NCBI GenBank assembly: GCA_045647765.1
Contig: JAZRMR010000005.1
Location: 1,522-65,521, forward strand
DNA: 64,000 nucleotides
Direction of reading: 5' to 3'
Origin: Christensenellaceae bacterium
Lineage (GTDB): Bacteria > Bacillota > Clostridia > Christensenellales > Borkfalkiaceae
The notes below the pieces were generated by a model. That model searched no databases. It saw only the letters and a program-made list of their open reading frames with translations, and had not been told where the DNA came from. This document shows positions 54,975 to 63,847 of the stretch, piece by piece (position 1 is the first letter of the stretch; each line of letters begins with the position of its first letter). Made by a program: the position numbers and the translations under genes.

Positions 54975-55682
54975 ATGCTGGAAATTAAAAATTTTTGTAA
55001 AAGTTATCAAAAGCCTGTTAAAGCGGTAGATGATTTAACGCTTTCTGTTAAGGCGGGGGAGATATACGGATTTATCGGTCATAACGGAGCGGGAAAATCT
55101 ACAACCATTAAAGCAATTGTTGGTGCGCTCGATTTTGAAAGCGGAGATATATTGATAGGCGGAAAATCTATTAAGACAAATCCCATAGAATGTAAAAGCG
55201 TGATGGCGTATATTCCTGATAATCCCGATATATACGATTATCTTACTGGAATACAATACATAAATTTCGTTTGTGATGTTTACGGGGTGGGAGAAGAGAG
55301 AAACGAGAGGATTAAAAAATTTGCTACCCTTTTTGAAATGGAGGCTAATTTAGGAGATATAATATCTGCATATTCTCACGGAATGAAGCAAAAATTAGTT
55401 TTAATTTCCGCACTCGTGCATAATCCAAAAGTATTGATTCTAGATGAACCGTTCGTTGGGTTAGACCCAGTTGCAACGCATAATTTAAAGACCATAATGC
55501 GTCAAATTTGTGATGAGGGCGGTGCGATTTTCTTTTCTTCGCACGTCCTAGAAGTGGTTGAAAAACTTTGCGATAGAGTAGGCATAATCAAGGGAGGAAA
55601 ACTCGTTAAAGAGGGCGAAGTTGCAAGCATAGTTGGCGATAAATCGCTAGAAAGTTTGTTCTTGGAGATTCAAAATGTCTAA
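54975..55682 (+). CDS. ABC transporter ATP-binding protein
   Basis: Walker A GHNGAGKST, signature YSHGMKQKL, Walker B LILDEPFVGLD. Confidence 0.92.
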   Translation: MLEIKNFCKSYQKPVKAVDDLTLSVKAGEIYGFIGHNGAGKSTTIKAIVGALDFESGDILIGGKSIKTNPIECKSVMAYIPDNPDIYDYLTGIQYINFVCDVYGVGEERNERIKKFATLFEMEANLGDIISAYSHGMKQKLVLISALVHNPKVLILDEPFVGLDPVATHNLKTIMRQICDEGGAIFFSSHVLEVVEKLCDRVGIIKGGKLVKEGEVASIVGDKSLESLFLEIQNV

Positions 55683-57210
55683 CTTTTTTAATTTAGTAAA
55701 AGTGCAGTTTTTGTCCTTCTTTGGCATAAACAAATTGCTATATTCAAAAAAGAAGAAAAAAGTTCAAGGACTATCTGGATTAATACTGCTTGGTGTGTTT
55801 TTCGTTTTGCTACTGGGTGGACTTTCCTTTTACTATTCGTATATATTTTCAAATTTTCTTGCCGTTGTACCTTTAATGTTTTCAATGTCGGCAATGGTTA
55901 ACTTGTTCTTTTCTTTTTATGCTTCATCGGGTACTATATATGGTTTTAAGGACTATCAACTGCTTGCGTCAATGCCCATTAAACCTCGAACGATAGTTGC
56001 TTCAAAACTATTCTTTATGTATATAGGCAACCTTATGCTGTCGATAATAATAGTTGCTTTTGCTTGTGTCGCTGATGCAATATTTGTTGCGCCTTTAAAT
56101 GCTTACGGCTATATTAGGCTTACAATAATGTTATTATTCTCGCCTTGTTTACCGATAGCCGTTTCGCTTGTTATTGGGGTTGTTATATCATACGTTTCAT
56201 CACACTTTATAAAGAAAAACATTATAGAATTGATAATGTATTTTATTGTTTTCGTTGGTGCGTTTGTAATAAGTTTTTTATCGACAGACAGTAGCGTTCA
56301 ACCTCTTTCGGTGATTAATAAAATATATTTCTGTTCAATTTTTGTCGTTAACGGCATATATGGTTGGTTAGACGTTTTATATTTTGTTTTAGTAAACGCT
56401 TTGCCTTGTGCTCTTATATGTGTTGTGGTTATAAAAACTTACAAAAAAATGAATTCAATTTTAACTTGCACCAAAAAGGTTAAGAAATTCAAACTTGCAA
56501 GTTATATTGCAAAAGGTCAGAAGCAAGCGCTTTTCAAGAGAGAAATGCAAAGGCTGTTTTCTTGTTCAATATACGCCTTAAACAATCTAGGCGGTACAGT
56601 TTTGGGAATGATAACAATGATAGCAATGGCAATTTTATTCAGCATTACTAAAATAGGATACGTTGAAGAAATAGCCAAAATCGTGCCTTTGGTATTAACG
56701 TTTACTTTTACTCTTACTCCAACCACTTGTTGCAGTATTTCTATTGAGGGGCAAACTTTTTGGCAATTAAAGACAGCGCCTATAAGTATGCGAGTTTTGA
56801 TTTTAACAAAATTATCAATAAACTTTATATTTGCAACTGTTCCGGCATTATTCTGTACATTGTTTTTTACTGTTTTAACGGGTATGCCTTACTATATGGT
56901 AATTATGCTCTGCGTGTTTGCCGTTACGATAACGCTTTTTGGCGGTGGGATAGGAATGCTTTGGAATTTAATTGTTCCAATGATGAAATGGGAAAACCCA
57001 AAACAGCCTGTTAAGAGTAGCGGAGCGTCGGGGTTAACGGTACTTACTAATTTTATAGTAACTGCAATATTAGTGTTAAGCGGATTTTTTATTCCTTTGT
57101 CTGCGCCTATAATAATTGCAATAATGACTTTGTTTTCCATAACAATTTGCATAATCGTTAACATAATAATATTAAAGAAAGGTGAAAAATTAATTGCAAA
57201 AAGGACGTAA
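55675..57210 (+). CDS. Polytopic membrane protein, putative permease partner of the preceding ABC ATPase
   Basis: 511 aa with at least 10 hydrophobic segments. 8-nt overlap with the ATPase gene. Confidence 0.7.
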   Translation: MSNFFNLVKVQFLSFFGINKLLYSKKKKKVQGLSGLILLGVFFVLLLGGLSFYYSYIFSNFLAVVPLMFSMSAMVNLFFSFYASSGTIYGFKDYQLLASMPIKPRTIVASKLFFMYIGNLMLSIIIVAFACVADAIFVAPLNAYGYIRLTIMLLFSPCLPIAVSLVIGVVISYVSSHFIKKNIIELIMYFIVFVGAFVISFLSTDSSVQPLSVINKIYFCSIFVVNGIYGWLDVLYFVLVNALPCALICVVVIKTYKKMNSILTCTKKVKKFKLASYIAKGQKQALFKREMQRLFSCSIYALNNLGGTVLGMITMIAMAILFSITKIGYVEEIAKIVPLVLTFTFTLTPTTCCSISIEGQTFWQLKTAPISMRVLILTKLSINFIFATVPALFCTLFFTVLTGMPYYMVIMLCVFAVTITLFGGGIGMLWNLIVPMMKWENPKQPVKSSGASGLTVLTNFIVTAILVLSGFFIPLSAPIIIAIMTLFSITICIIVNIIILKKGEKLIAKRT

Positions 57211-57253
57211 GATAAAAAAGTTGATTCTTAACGAAAAAATTTTTAAAAATTGC

Positions 57254-57283
57254 TTGACAGTTAATTGTTACGAGGAGTATAAT
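57254..57283 (+). promoter_or_regulatory. Consensus sigma-A promoter of the aromatic amino-acid operon
   Basis: TTGACA (57254-57259), 18-nt spacer, TATAAT (57278-57283). Confidence 0.65.
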
Positions 57284-57308
57284 TAAGACAATTTTTGGAG
57301 CAAAAAGA

Positions 57309-57371
57309 ATGAAAACAACAAGAAATTACTTTTATTTTTATTTTAATAGCAAGTTTTCAATATCTCGTTAG
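57309..57371 (+). CDS. Candidate attenuation leader peptide MKTTRNYFYFYFNSKFSISR (20 aa)
   Basis: GGAG (57297-57300) lies 8 nt before ATG at 57309. Six consecutive Tyr/Phe codons occupy 57327-57344 (TAC TTT TAT TTT TAT TTT). The TAG stop is at 57369-57371. A perfect terminator lies 40 nt downstream, and the first operon gene starts at 57475. Confidence 0.65.
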   Translation: MKTTRNYFYFYFNSKFSISR

Positions 57372-57411
57372 TAATTACTATACGGATTGTTTTTGCGTGA
57401 AAATGAAAACA

Positions 57412-57443
57412 GGGCTTTGTAGTGATTGCTACAAAGCCTTTTT
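57412..57443 (+). terminator. Attenuator terminator in the aro leader
   Basis: GGCTTTGTAG (57413-57422), loop tgattg, CTACAAAGCC (57429-57438), then TTTTT. The 10-bp stem is perfect. Confidence 0.8.
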
Positions 57444-57474
57444 AATTAGTTACAGTCATTTTTAGGAGTAAGTT

Positions 57475-58494
57475 ATGATTATCGTTGTTAGAAACGCTTG
57501 TGAAAAAACTCAGTTTGATAATTTAGTTGATTGGGTCAAAGATTTGGGGTTAGACGTGCACGTGAGCCGTGGCGAAACTTCAACCGTACTTGGACTGGTA
57601 GGGGATACGAGTAGAGTTGATATGGACTTAATAAAAAGCCTTGATATCGTTGAACAAGTTCAGCGTGTTCAAGAGCCTTATAAAAATGCGAACAGAAAAT
57701 TCCACCCCGAAGATTCACTAATAAACGTTTGTGGGCATAAGATAGGTGGTAAAAATTTCCACGTTATCGCTGGGCCTTGTTCAGTTGAGTCGGAAAGCCA
57801 AATTATTGAGGTTGCTGAAGCGGTTAAACTTGCGGGGGCAACAATGCTCCGTGGCGGGGCGTTCAAGCCAAGAACTTCGCCATATGCGTTCCAAGGTCTT
57901 AAAGATACGGGAATAGAATTATTAATTAAAGCCAAAAAGGAAACGGGACTTCCTATCGTAACAGAACTTTTAAGTGTTAATCACCTTGACCTCTTTGAAG
58001 AGGTTGACGTTATTCAAATAGGCGCAAGGAATATGCAAAACTTCGAACTTCTTAAAGAGGTTGGAAAGACGGGTAAACCTATACTTTTAAAGAGAGGGCT
58101 TGCGAACACTTTGCAAGAGTTGTTGATGAGCGCAGAGTATATTATGTCCGAGGGAGATTCCGAAGTTATTCTATGCGAAAGAGGGATAAGAACTTTTGAG
58201 ACAATGACGAGAAATACCCTTGACCTTTCGGCAGTGCCAGCGCTTAAAGATAAAACGCATCTTCCGATAATTATCGACCCCAGCCATTCAACGGGTATTG
58301 CAAAATACGTTGAACCTATGGCGCTTGCATCAGTGGGTGCGGGCGCTGACGGACTTATAATTGAAGTTCACAACGACCCTAAGCACGCTCTTTGTGATGG
58401 TGGGCAATCGCTTAATCCTGAACAATTCAGCACGCTTATGGGTAAGATTAAGGCTATGTTACCGCTAGTTGGAAAAGATTACGACGGGAAATAG
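57475..58494 (+). CDS. aroF: 3-deoxy-7-phosphoheptulonate (DAHP) synthase, type I-beta with N-terminal regulatory domain
   Basis: KDO8P-synthase-like core (VIAGPCSVES, RGGAFKPRTSPY, IIDPSHS), preceded by a roughly 70-aa ferredoxin-like domain as in Thermotoga-type enzymes. Confidence 0.9.
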   Translation: MIIVVRNACEKTQFDNLVDWVKDLGLDVHVSRGETSTVLGLVGDTSRVDMDLIKSLDIVEQVQRVQEPYKNANRKFHPEDSLINVCGHKIGGKNFHVIAGPCSVESESQIIEVAEAVKLAGATMLRGGAFKPRTSPYAFQGLKDTGIELLIKAKKETGLPIVTELLSVNHLDLFEEVDVIQIGARNMQNFELLKEVGKTGKPILLKRGLANTLQELLMSAEYIMSEGDSEVILCERGIRTFETMTRNTLDLSAVPALKDKTHLPIIIDPSHSTGIAKYVEPMALASVGAGADGLIIEVHNDPKHALCDGGQSLNPEQFSTLMGKIKAMLPLVGKDYDGK

Positions 58495-58508
58495 GCGTGG
58501 TGTCGATA

Positions 58509-59369
58509 ATGAATGTAGGTATAGTTGGATTAGGTCTTATAGGTGGCTCGCTAGGTAGGACCATAGTAAAGAAAACTAATAATACTGTGTATGCTTTTGA
58601 CGTGAGCGCAGAGGCAATGAAAACGGGTAAACTTTTATCAGCTTATCACAATGAACTCAATCAAGAAAATCTTAAAGAGTTAGACGTTTTATTTTTATCG
58701 CTTTATCCAAACACTTTGCAAGAAGAGTTGCCATATTATTGTGGAAATCTTAAAGACGGTGCTATCGTGTGTGATTGTTGCGGTAATAAAAGAAGAGTAG
58801 TAGCGCAAATGCAATCATTAAAAAAGCAATATCCCAATCTTAATTTTATAAGCACGCATCCTATGGCAGGGCGTGAATTTTCGGGGGTAAGCCACTCAAC
58901 GAGTTCTCTTTTTGAAAAGGCAAGTATGATTATAGTGCCTGTTGAATGCGACTTAAAAACTATTGCGTTTTTTAAATCGTTTTGCCTTGACTTAGGGTTT
59001 GGAAGCGTTGTCATAACCACTGCAAAAAATCACGACCAAATAATTGCATTCACTTCTCAACTTGCACACCTAGTTTCTAGTTCTTATATAAAAAGTCAAA
59101 CGGCAACAATGTTTATGGGTTTTTCAGCTGGCAGTTTTAGGGATATGACTAGGGTTGCAAGGCTTTCTCCCGAAATGTGGGCGCAGTTAACTATCGATAA
59201 TAGCGATTTTTTAGTAGAAGAACTTGATTGTATAATAAAAAACCTAACCGATTATAAAAATGCGCTTGAAAGAAAAGACGTTCAGCAAATGAAAAATCTT
59301 TTGAGCGATGGTAACGATAAAAAACTCTTGTCAGAAAAGATGAGAAGGAGTTGGAACAATGAAAAATAA
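58509..59369 (+). CDS. tyrA: Prephenate dehydrogenase
   Basis: MNVGIVGLGLIGGS Rossmann N-terminus and an HPMAG motif. The track start (GTG 58497) is also possible. Confidence 0.88.
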   Translation: MNVGIVGLGLIGGSLGRTIVKKTNNTVYAFDVSAEAMKTGKLLSAYHNELNQENLKELDVLFLSLYPNTLQEELPYYCGNLKDGAIVCDCCGNKRRVVAQMQSLKKQYPNLNFISTHPMAGREFSGVSHSTSSLFEKASMIIVPVECDLKTIAFFKSFCLDLGFGSVVITTAKNHDQIIAFTSQLAHLVSSSYIKSQTATMFMGFSAGSFRDMTRVARLSPEMWAQLTIDNSDFLVEELDCIIKNLTDYKNALERKDVQQMKNLLSDGNDKKLLSEKMRRSWNNEK

Positions 59370-60411
59370 TCTTTCTAAAAGAGAGATAACGGTTAACGCT
59401 TCAAAAAAATACAGAATATTAATTGGAAACCGTTTAATAGAGAGAACGGGCGAATTAATTAATGAAGTGATGCCAAAGTGCAAAATCGCCCTTATAACGG
59501 ACGATATTGTTGACGGCATATATTCTAAAACAGTTGAGCGGTCGCTTTCCGAACGTGGATTTTTTGTCGTCAAGAAAGTTTTTAAAGCGGGGGAAGAGAG
59601 CAAAAACTTAAACACGTATTTTGAGATTGTCAATTTTCTTGCCGAAAACTCTTTAACTAGAACAGATGCCATTGTTGCTCTCGGCGGTGGAGTAACCGGC
59701 GATATGGCAGGTTTTGCATCTTCAACCTATCTTAGGGGGATTAAATGCGTGCAAATACCCACCACCTTGCTTTCTCAAATTGATTCATCGGTAGGCGGAA
59801 AGACCGCAGTTAATCTATCTTTCGGGAAAAATTTAGTCGGGACATTCTATCAACCGTCGCTTGTTATTTGCGACATTGACACGCTAAATACTTTGCCAGA
59901 CCAAGTATATTTAGACGGAATGGGCGAATGTGTTAAATATGCGCTTTTAGATGAACAAATTTTCAATCTTCTAAACACGAGCAATATTGATTTAGAAGAA
60001 CTTGTTTATCACTGTGTTGATTACAAAAGAAAAATAGTTGAGCAAGATGAATTTGAGGGAGGCAAAAGAAAACTTTTAAACCTCGGACACACCTTTGCTC
60101 ACGGAATAGAAAAATTAAGCGGATATACCATTTCTCACGGTAAAGCCGTTGCTATGGGACTTAAAATTATAGCTGAAATTTGTTATAAACGTAATCTCCT
60201 CATTAGAGAAGAATATGATAAAGTAATTAAAATTATAAATGATAACGCACCAGTTCCTCCTTGTCCTTATACGCTTTCGGAGGTAGTCAATGCGTCGCTA
60301 TCAGATAAAAAACGTAGCGGAAACGATATTAGTATTATGACGGTGCATAAAATAGGGGACGTTAGAGAGAGCAAAATGACTATTGAGCAATATAAAGGAT
60401 TTATAGAATAA
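59359..60411 (+). CDS. aroB: 3-dehydroquinate synthase
   Basis: GGGVTGDMAGFAS, and the metal-binding motifs LNLGHTFAHGIE and SHGKAVA. Confidence 0.92.
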   Translation: MKNNLSKREITVNASKKYRILIGNRLIERTGELINEVMPKCKIALITDDIVDGIYSKTVERSLSERGFFVVKKVFKAGEESKNLNTYFEIVNFLAENSLTRTDAIVALGGGVTGDMAGFASSTYLRGIKCVQIPTTLLSQIDSSVGGKTAVNLSFGKNLVGTFYQPSLVICDIDTLNTLPDQVYLDGMGECVKYALLDEQIFNLLNTSNIDLEELVYHCVDYKRKIVEQDEFEGGKRKLLNLGHTFAHGIEKLSGYTISHGKAVAMGLKIIAEICYKRNLLIREEYDKVIKIINDNAPVPPCPYTLSEVVNASLSDKKRSGNDISIMTVHKIGDVRESKMTIEQYKGFIE

Positions 60412-61616
60412 TGGACGTTTGTATTAAGAACTCTACTCTTTTTGGAGAGATTAAAGCAATACCCTCAAAATCTTATGCTCACAGAATAGCAATTTGTAGG
60501 TTTTTAGCAGGTCTTGACCCCAGAGTAAATCTAAACGGCTTTACTTCTGCCGATATTGAGGCAACTGAAAATTGTTTAATCCGATTGCTGTCAGGGCAAA
60601 AGGTTCTTGATTGCAACGAATCAGGCTCAACGCTTAGGTTTTTACTTCCGCTTCTTTCTTCTTGCGGTGGTGAGTTTGAACTAATAGGAAGTAATAAACT
60701 ATTTTCTAGACCAAACGGGGAGTTGTTTAAGGTTTTACAAGAGCATGGCATCAAGATAAACCAATCGAAAAAAATTTATTTAAGCGGAAAACTCGGTTGT
60801 GGTGATTTTGCAATTAGAGGAGATGTCAGTTCGCAGTATATATCCGGACTTTTAATGGCGTTACCCACGCTTGATGGGGATAGCAGAATAACGTTAACTT
60901 CACCTCTTGTTTCAAAACCTTACGTTGATATAACCATAGAAGTTTTGAACTCTTTCGGGGTAAGCATAAAAGAAGAAAAAGATGGTTATTTCGTCAAAGG
61001 TAATCAAACTTTTTTGAAAAACGATATACTTCCCGAGGGGGATTGGTCGAATTCTGCGTTTTTTCTAGTCGGTGGCGCAATCAGTGATAAGGGCGTAACG
61101 GTAAGCGGATTAAAGGCAAATAGCGTTCAAGGCGATAGAAAAATTGTTGAAATTTTATTCAAGGCGGGCGCAGAAGTTTGTGTTAGTGAAAATGGCATAA
61201 CGGTTAAAAAAGGTCGGTTAGAATCATTTAAAATGGATTTTGAGGATTGTCCAGACCTTGTGCCTATTTGTGCGGTGCTGGCTTCGTTTGCAAGCGGAGA
61301 AACGGTAATTAAAAACGTTGAAAGGTTAAAAATTAAAGAAAGCGACAGAATTGAAAGCACGTTAAAAATGCTTTATGCGTTTAACGTGGAGGCAAAAAGC
61401 GACGGTAAACATATTATTATAAAAGGTGGACAGATAAAGAGCGGTCAAGTGGATTCTTTTAACGACCACAGGATAGCAATGGCTTCTGCTATTTTGGCTC
61501 TCGGTGTTAACGACGGCAAAAACTCAATAATAACCGACGCTTATGCTGTAAATAAATCTTATCCTAATTTTTATAAAGACTATAATTTGCTTGGAGGAAA
61601 AGCAAGTGATTTGTAA
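60411..61616 (+). CDS. aroA: 3-phosphoshikimate 1-carboxyvinyltransferase (EPSP synthase)
   Basis: IPSKSYAHR, LDCNESGSTLRFLLP and NDHRIAMA motifs. 1-nt TAATG overlap with aroB. Confidence 0.92.
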   Translation: MDVCIKNSTLFGEIKAIPSKSYAHRIAICRFLAGLDPRVNLNGFTSADIEATENCLIRLLSGQKVLDCNESGSTLRFLLPLLSSCGGEFELIGSNKLFSRPNGELFKVLQEHGIKINQSKKIYLSGKLGCGDFAIRGDVSSQYISGLLMALPTLDGDSRITLTSPLVSKPYVDITIEVLNSFGVSIKEEKDGYFVKGNQTFLKNDILPEGDWSNSAFFLVGGAISDKGVTVSGLKANSVQGDRKIVEILFKAGAEVCVSENGITVKKGRLESFKMDFEDCPDLVPICAVLASFASGETVIKNVERLKIKESDRIESTLKMLYAFNVEAKSDGKHIIIKGGQIKSGQVDSFNDHRIAMASAILALGVNDGKNSIITDAYAVNKSYPNFYKDYNLLGGKASDL

Positions 61617-62691
61617 GGATACAACCCAATCAACTTTTAAGGGTAGAAAATTAAATATTACCGTGTTTGGCGCTTCGCACGGGCCTGAGATTGGGGCGAT
61701 AGGTAAAGGGCTTGACGGGTTAACTGTGGACAAAGAAAAGTTACAGGCTTTTATGGATAGAAGAAAACCTAAAAACACTGCCTATTCAACCAAAAGAAAT
61801 GAGGGAGATAAGGTTATAACCGAATACGGGGTTGATGAAAAAGGCGTTATAACGGGGGAATTTAAAGCCGTTATAAAAAACACCGACCAAAGAAGTCAAG
61901 ATTATAAAAAAGTGTTAAAAGTGCCAAGGCCCTCTCACGCAGACTTAGTAGCGTGGCAAAAATACGGTGATAACTTTGATTATCGTGGCGGAGGAAAGTT
62001 TTCGGGGCGATTAACTGCACCCATGTGTATCGTAGGCGGGATTATTAAACAAAATCTTGAAAAGATGGGAATTAAAATCAACGCTTACATATCTAGCATA
62101 GGAAAAGTTGTTGCCAAAGGTTATAATGATTTAGACCCCGAAACTTTTGATTTTGATAAAATTGACAATGATTTTCCCGTTGTTGATAATAGTAGGTTAA
62201 CCGAGATGCAAGAACAGATAGAGTTTGCAAGAAAAGAGGGCGATTCTGTCGGCGGGGTTATAGAATGTGTGATAACGGGTGTTCCCGTGGGTGCAGGAGA
62301 ATATATGTTCGATAGCATAGAAAGTGTCATTTCAAGCCTTGTGTTTGCAGTGCCTGCGGTTAAAGGGATTGAATTTGGAAAAGGTTTTGAAATTTCCTCA
62401 ATGAGAGGAAGTCAAGCAAACGACCAAATTTATTTTGACGGAGAAAAAATTAAAACAAAAACCAACAACAACGGTGGAATAAACGGCGGGATGGCAAACG
62501 GTATGCCAATAACGTTTAGAGTTGCAATAAAGCCAACTCCGTCAATATCGAAAGAACAAGACAGCGTGGATTTAGAAAAAAATAAAAACGTAAAAATCAA
62601 AATAGAAGGAAGGCACGACGCATGCATTGTTCCGAGAGCCGTTCCCGTAATAGAAGCAATATCTGCAATAGCAATTTTTGATTGCTTATAG
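61606..62691 (+). CDS. aroC: Chorismate synthase
   Basis: FGASHGPEIG, RPSHAD and GRHDACIVPRA motifs. GGAGG (61593-61597) lies 8 nt before an in-frame GTG at 61606. The track uses TTG at 61591. Confidence 0.9.
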   Translation: MICKDTTQSTFKGRKLNITVFGASHGPEIGAIGKGLDGLTVDKEKLQAFMDRRKPKNTAYSTKRNEGDKVITEYGVDEKGVITGEFKAVIKNTDQRSQDYKKVLKVPRPSHADLVAWQKYGDNFDYRGGGKFSGRLTAPMCIVGGIIKQNLEKMGIKINAYISSIGKVVAKGYNDLDPETFDFDKIDNDFPVVDNSRLTEMQEQIEFARKEGDSVGGVIECVITGVPVGAGEYMFDSIESVISSLVFAVPAVKGIEFGKGFEISSMRGSQANDQIYFDGEKIKTKTNNNGGINGGMANGMPITFRVAIKPTPSISKEQDSVDLEKNKNVKIKIEGRHDACIVPRAVPVIEAISAIAIFDCL

Positions 62692-62701
62692 AGGAGAAAA
62701 C

Positions 62702-63847
62702 ATGAAACTTGAACAAATAAGAAATCAAATAGATAACATAGATGACCAAATTGCCACTCTATATCAACAGAGAATGGACCTCGTTAAAGCCGTTTGTGAG
62801 GCTAAAAAAAGTAGCGGGAAAGCCGTTTCAGACCCAGAAAGGGAAAGAAAAATACTCTTAAGAGTTTCTGACAAGGTAAGTGAAGAAAACCAAGTTTACG
62901 TAAAAAGGGTTTTTGAAACGTTGTTTGAAACAAGTAAAGCCGTTCAGATGGCAAACGCAGAATATCACTCTTTAATCGGAGAGAAAATAAAGCAAACTAT
63001 TGATAAGGGTGCGCTTAAATTTCCAGTAAAAGCCAAAGTTGCTTGTCAAGGGGTTAGCGGTGCTTATTCGGGAATTGCCGCTGACAGACTTTTTGAACTT
63101 GCAGACGTAACATATTTTAAAAATTTCGAAGGTGTATTTCAAGCGGTTGAAAAGGGTTTTTGCAAGTACGGCGTTCTTCCTATTGAAAATAGTTCGGCGG
63201 GGTCTGTTAACCAAGTTTATGACCTTATGAAAGAACATAAATTCTATATCGTGAGAAGTATTAAAGTTCCTATCGTTCACTGTCTTGTGGCAAAAAAAGA
63301 AACGGCATTAACAGACGTAAAGGAAATTTTATCGCACGAACAGGCACTTTCGCAATGTAAACGTTATTTAGAGAAATTTCCGCTCGCAAAAATAACCACC
63401 TCTCCAAATACTGCGGTTGCAGCAAAGACCGTTTCGGAGAGCGACAGAAAAGATATAGTTGCCATATCGTCTAGGGAGTGCGCTGATTTATATGGCCTTA
63501 AAATATTGCAGAGTAATATTCAAGACAGCGACAACAACTATACACGCTTTATTCTAATTGCAAAAGAAATGGAGTTTTATTCTGATGCGAAAAAGATAAG
63601 CATAATGACCACTCTTCCACAAAACACGCCGGGAAGTTTAAATAAATTATTATCTAAGTTTTCAAACCTTGGATTGAATTTAACAAAACTGGAATCTCGC
63701 CCCATTATGGGAACGGGCTTTGAGTTTATGTTCTACTTTGATTTTGAATGCGACGTGAAAGATAAAGCCGTCATAAATCTTTTATCTGAACTCGACAACT
63801 CCACCGAGCAATTCACTTTCCTCGGCGCATACGGAGAGGAAAACTGA
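62702..63847 (+). CDS. pheA: Bifunctional chorismate mutase / prephenate dehydratase (P-protein)
   Basis: N-terminal CM domain (LEQIRNQIDNIDDQIATLYQQRMDL), a PDT domain (VACQGVSGAYS...TRFILI), and a C-terminal ACT domain (ESRP). Confidence 0.9.
   Translation: MKLEQIRNQIDNIDDQIATLYQQRMDLVKAVCEAKKSSGKAVSDPERERKILLRVSDKVSEENQVYVKRVFETLFETSKAVQMANAEYHSLIGEKIKQTIDKGALKFPVKAKVACQGVSGAYSGIAADRLFELADVTYFKNFEGVFQAVEKGFCKYGVLPIENSSAGSVNQVYDLMKEHKFYIVRSIKVPIVHCLVAKKETALTDVKEILSHEQALSQCKRYLEKFPLAKITTSPNTAVAAKTVSESDRKDIVAISSRECADLYGLKILQSNIQDSDNNYTRFILIAKEMEFYSDAKKISIMTTLPQNTPGSLNKLLSKFSNLGLNLTKLESRPIMGTGFEFMFYFDFECDVKDKAVINLLSELDNSTEQFTFLGAYGEEN

Noticed and set aside
57290-57474. T-box or other riboswitch upstream of aroF.
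   Set aside because: It is too short. It lacks the conserved T-box 14-mer and stem I features. The aromatic-codon mini-ORF plus terminator explains the region better.
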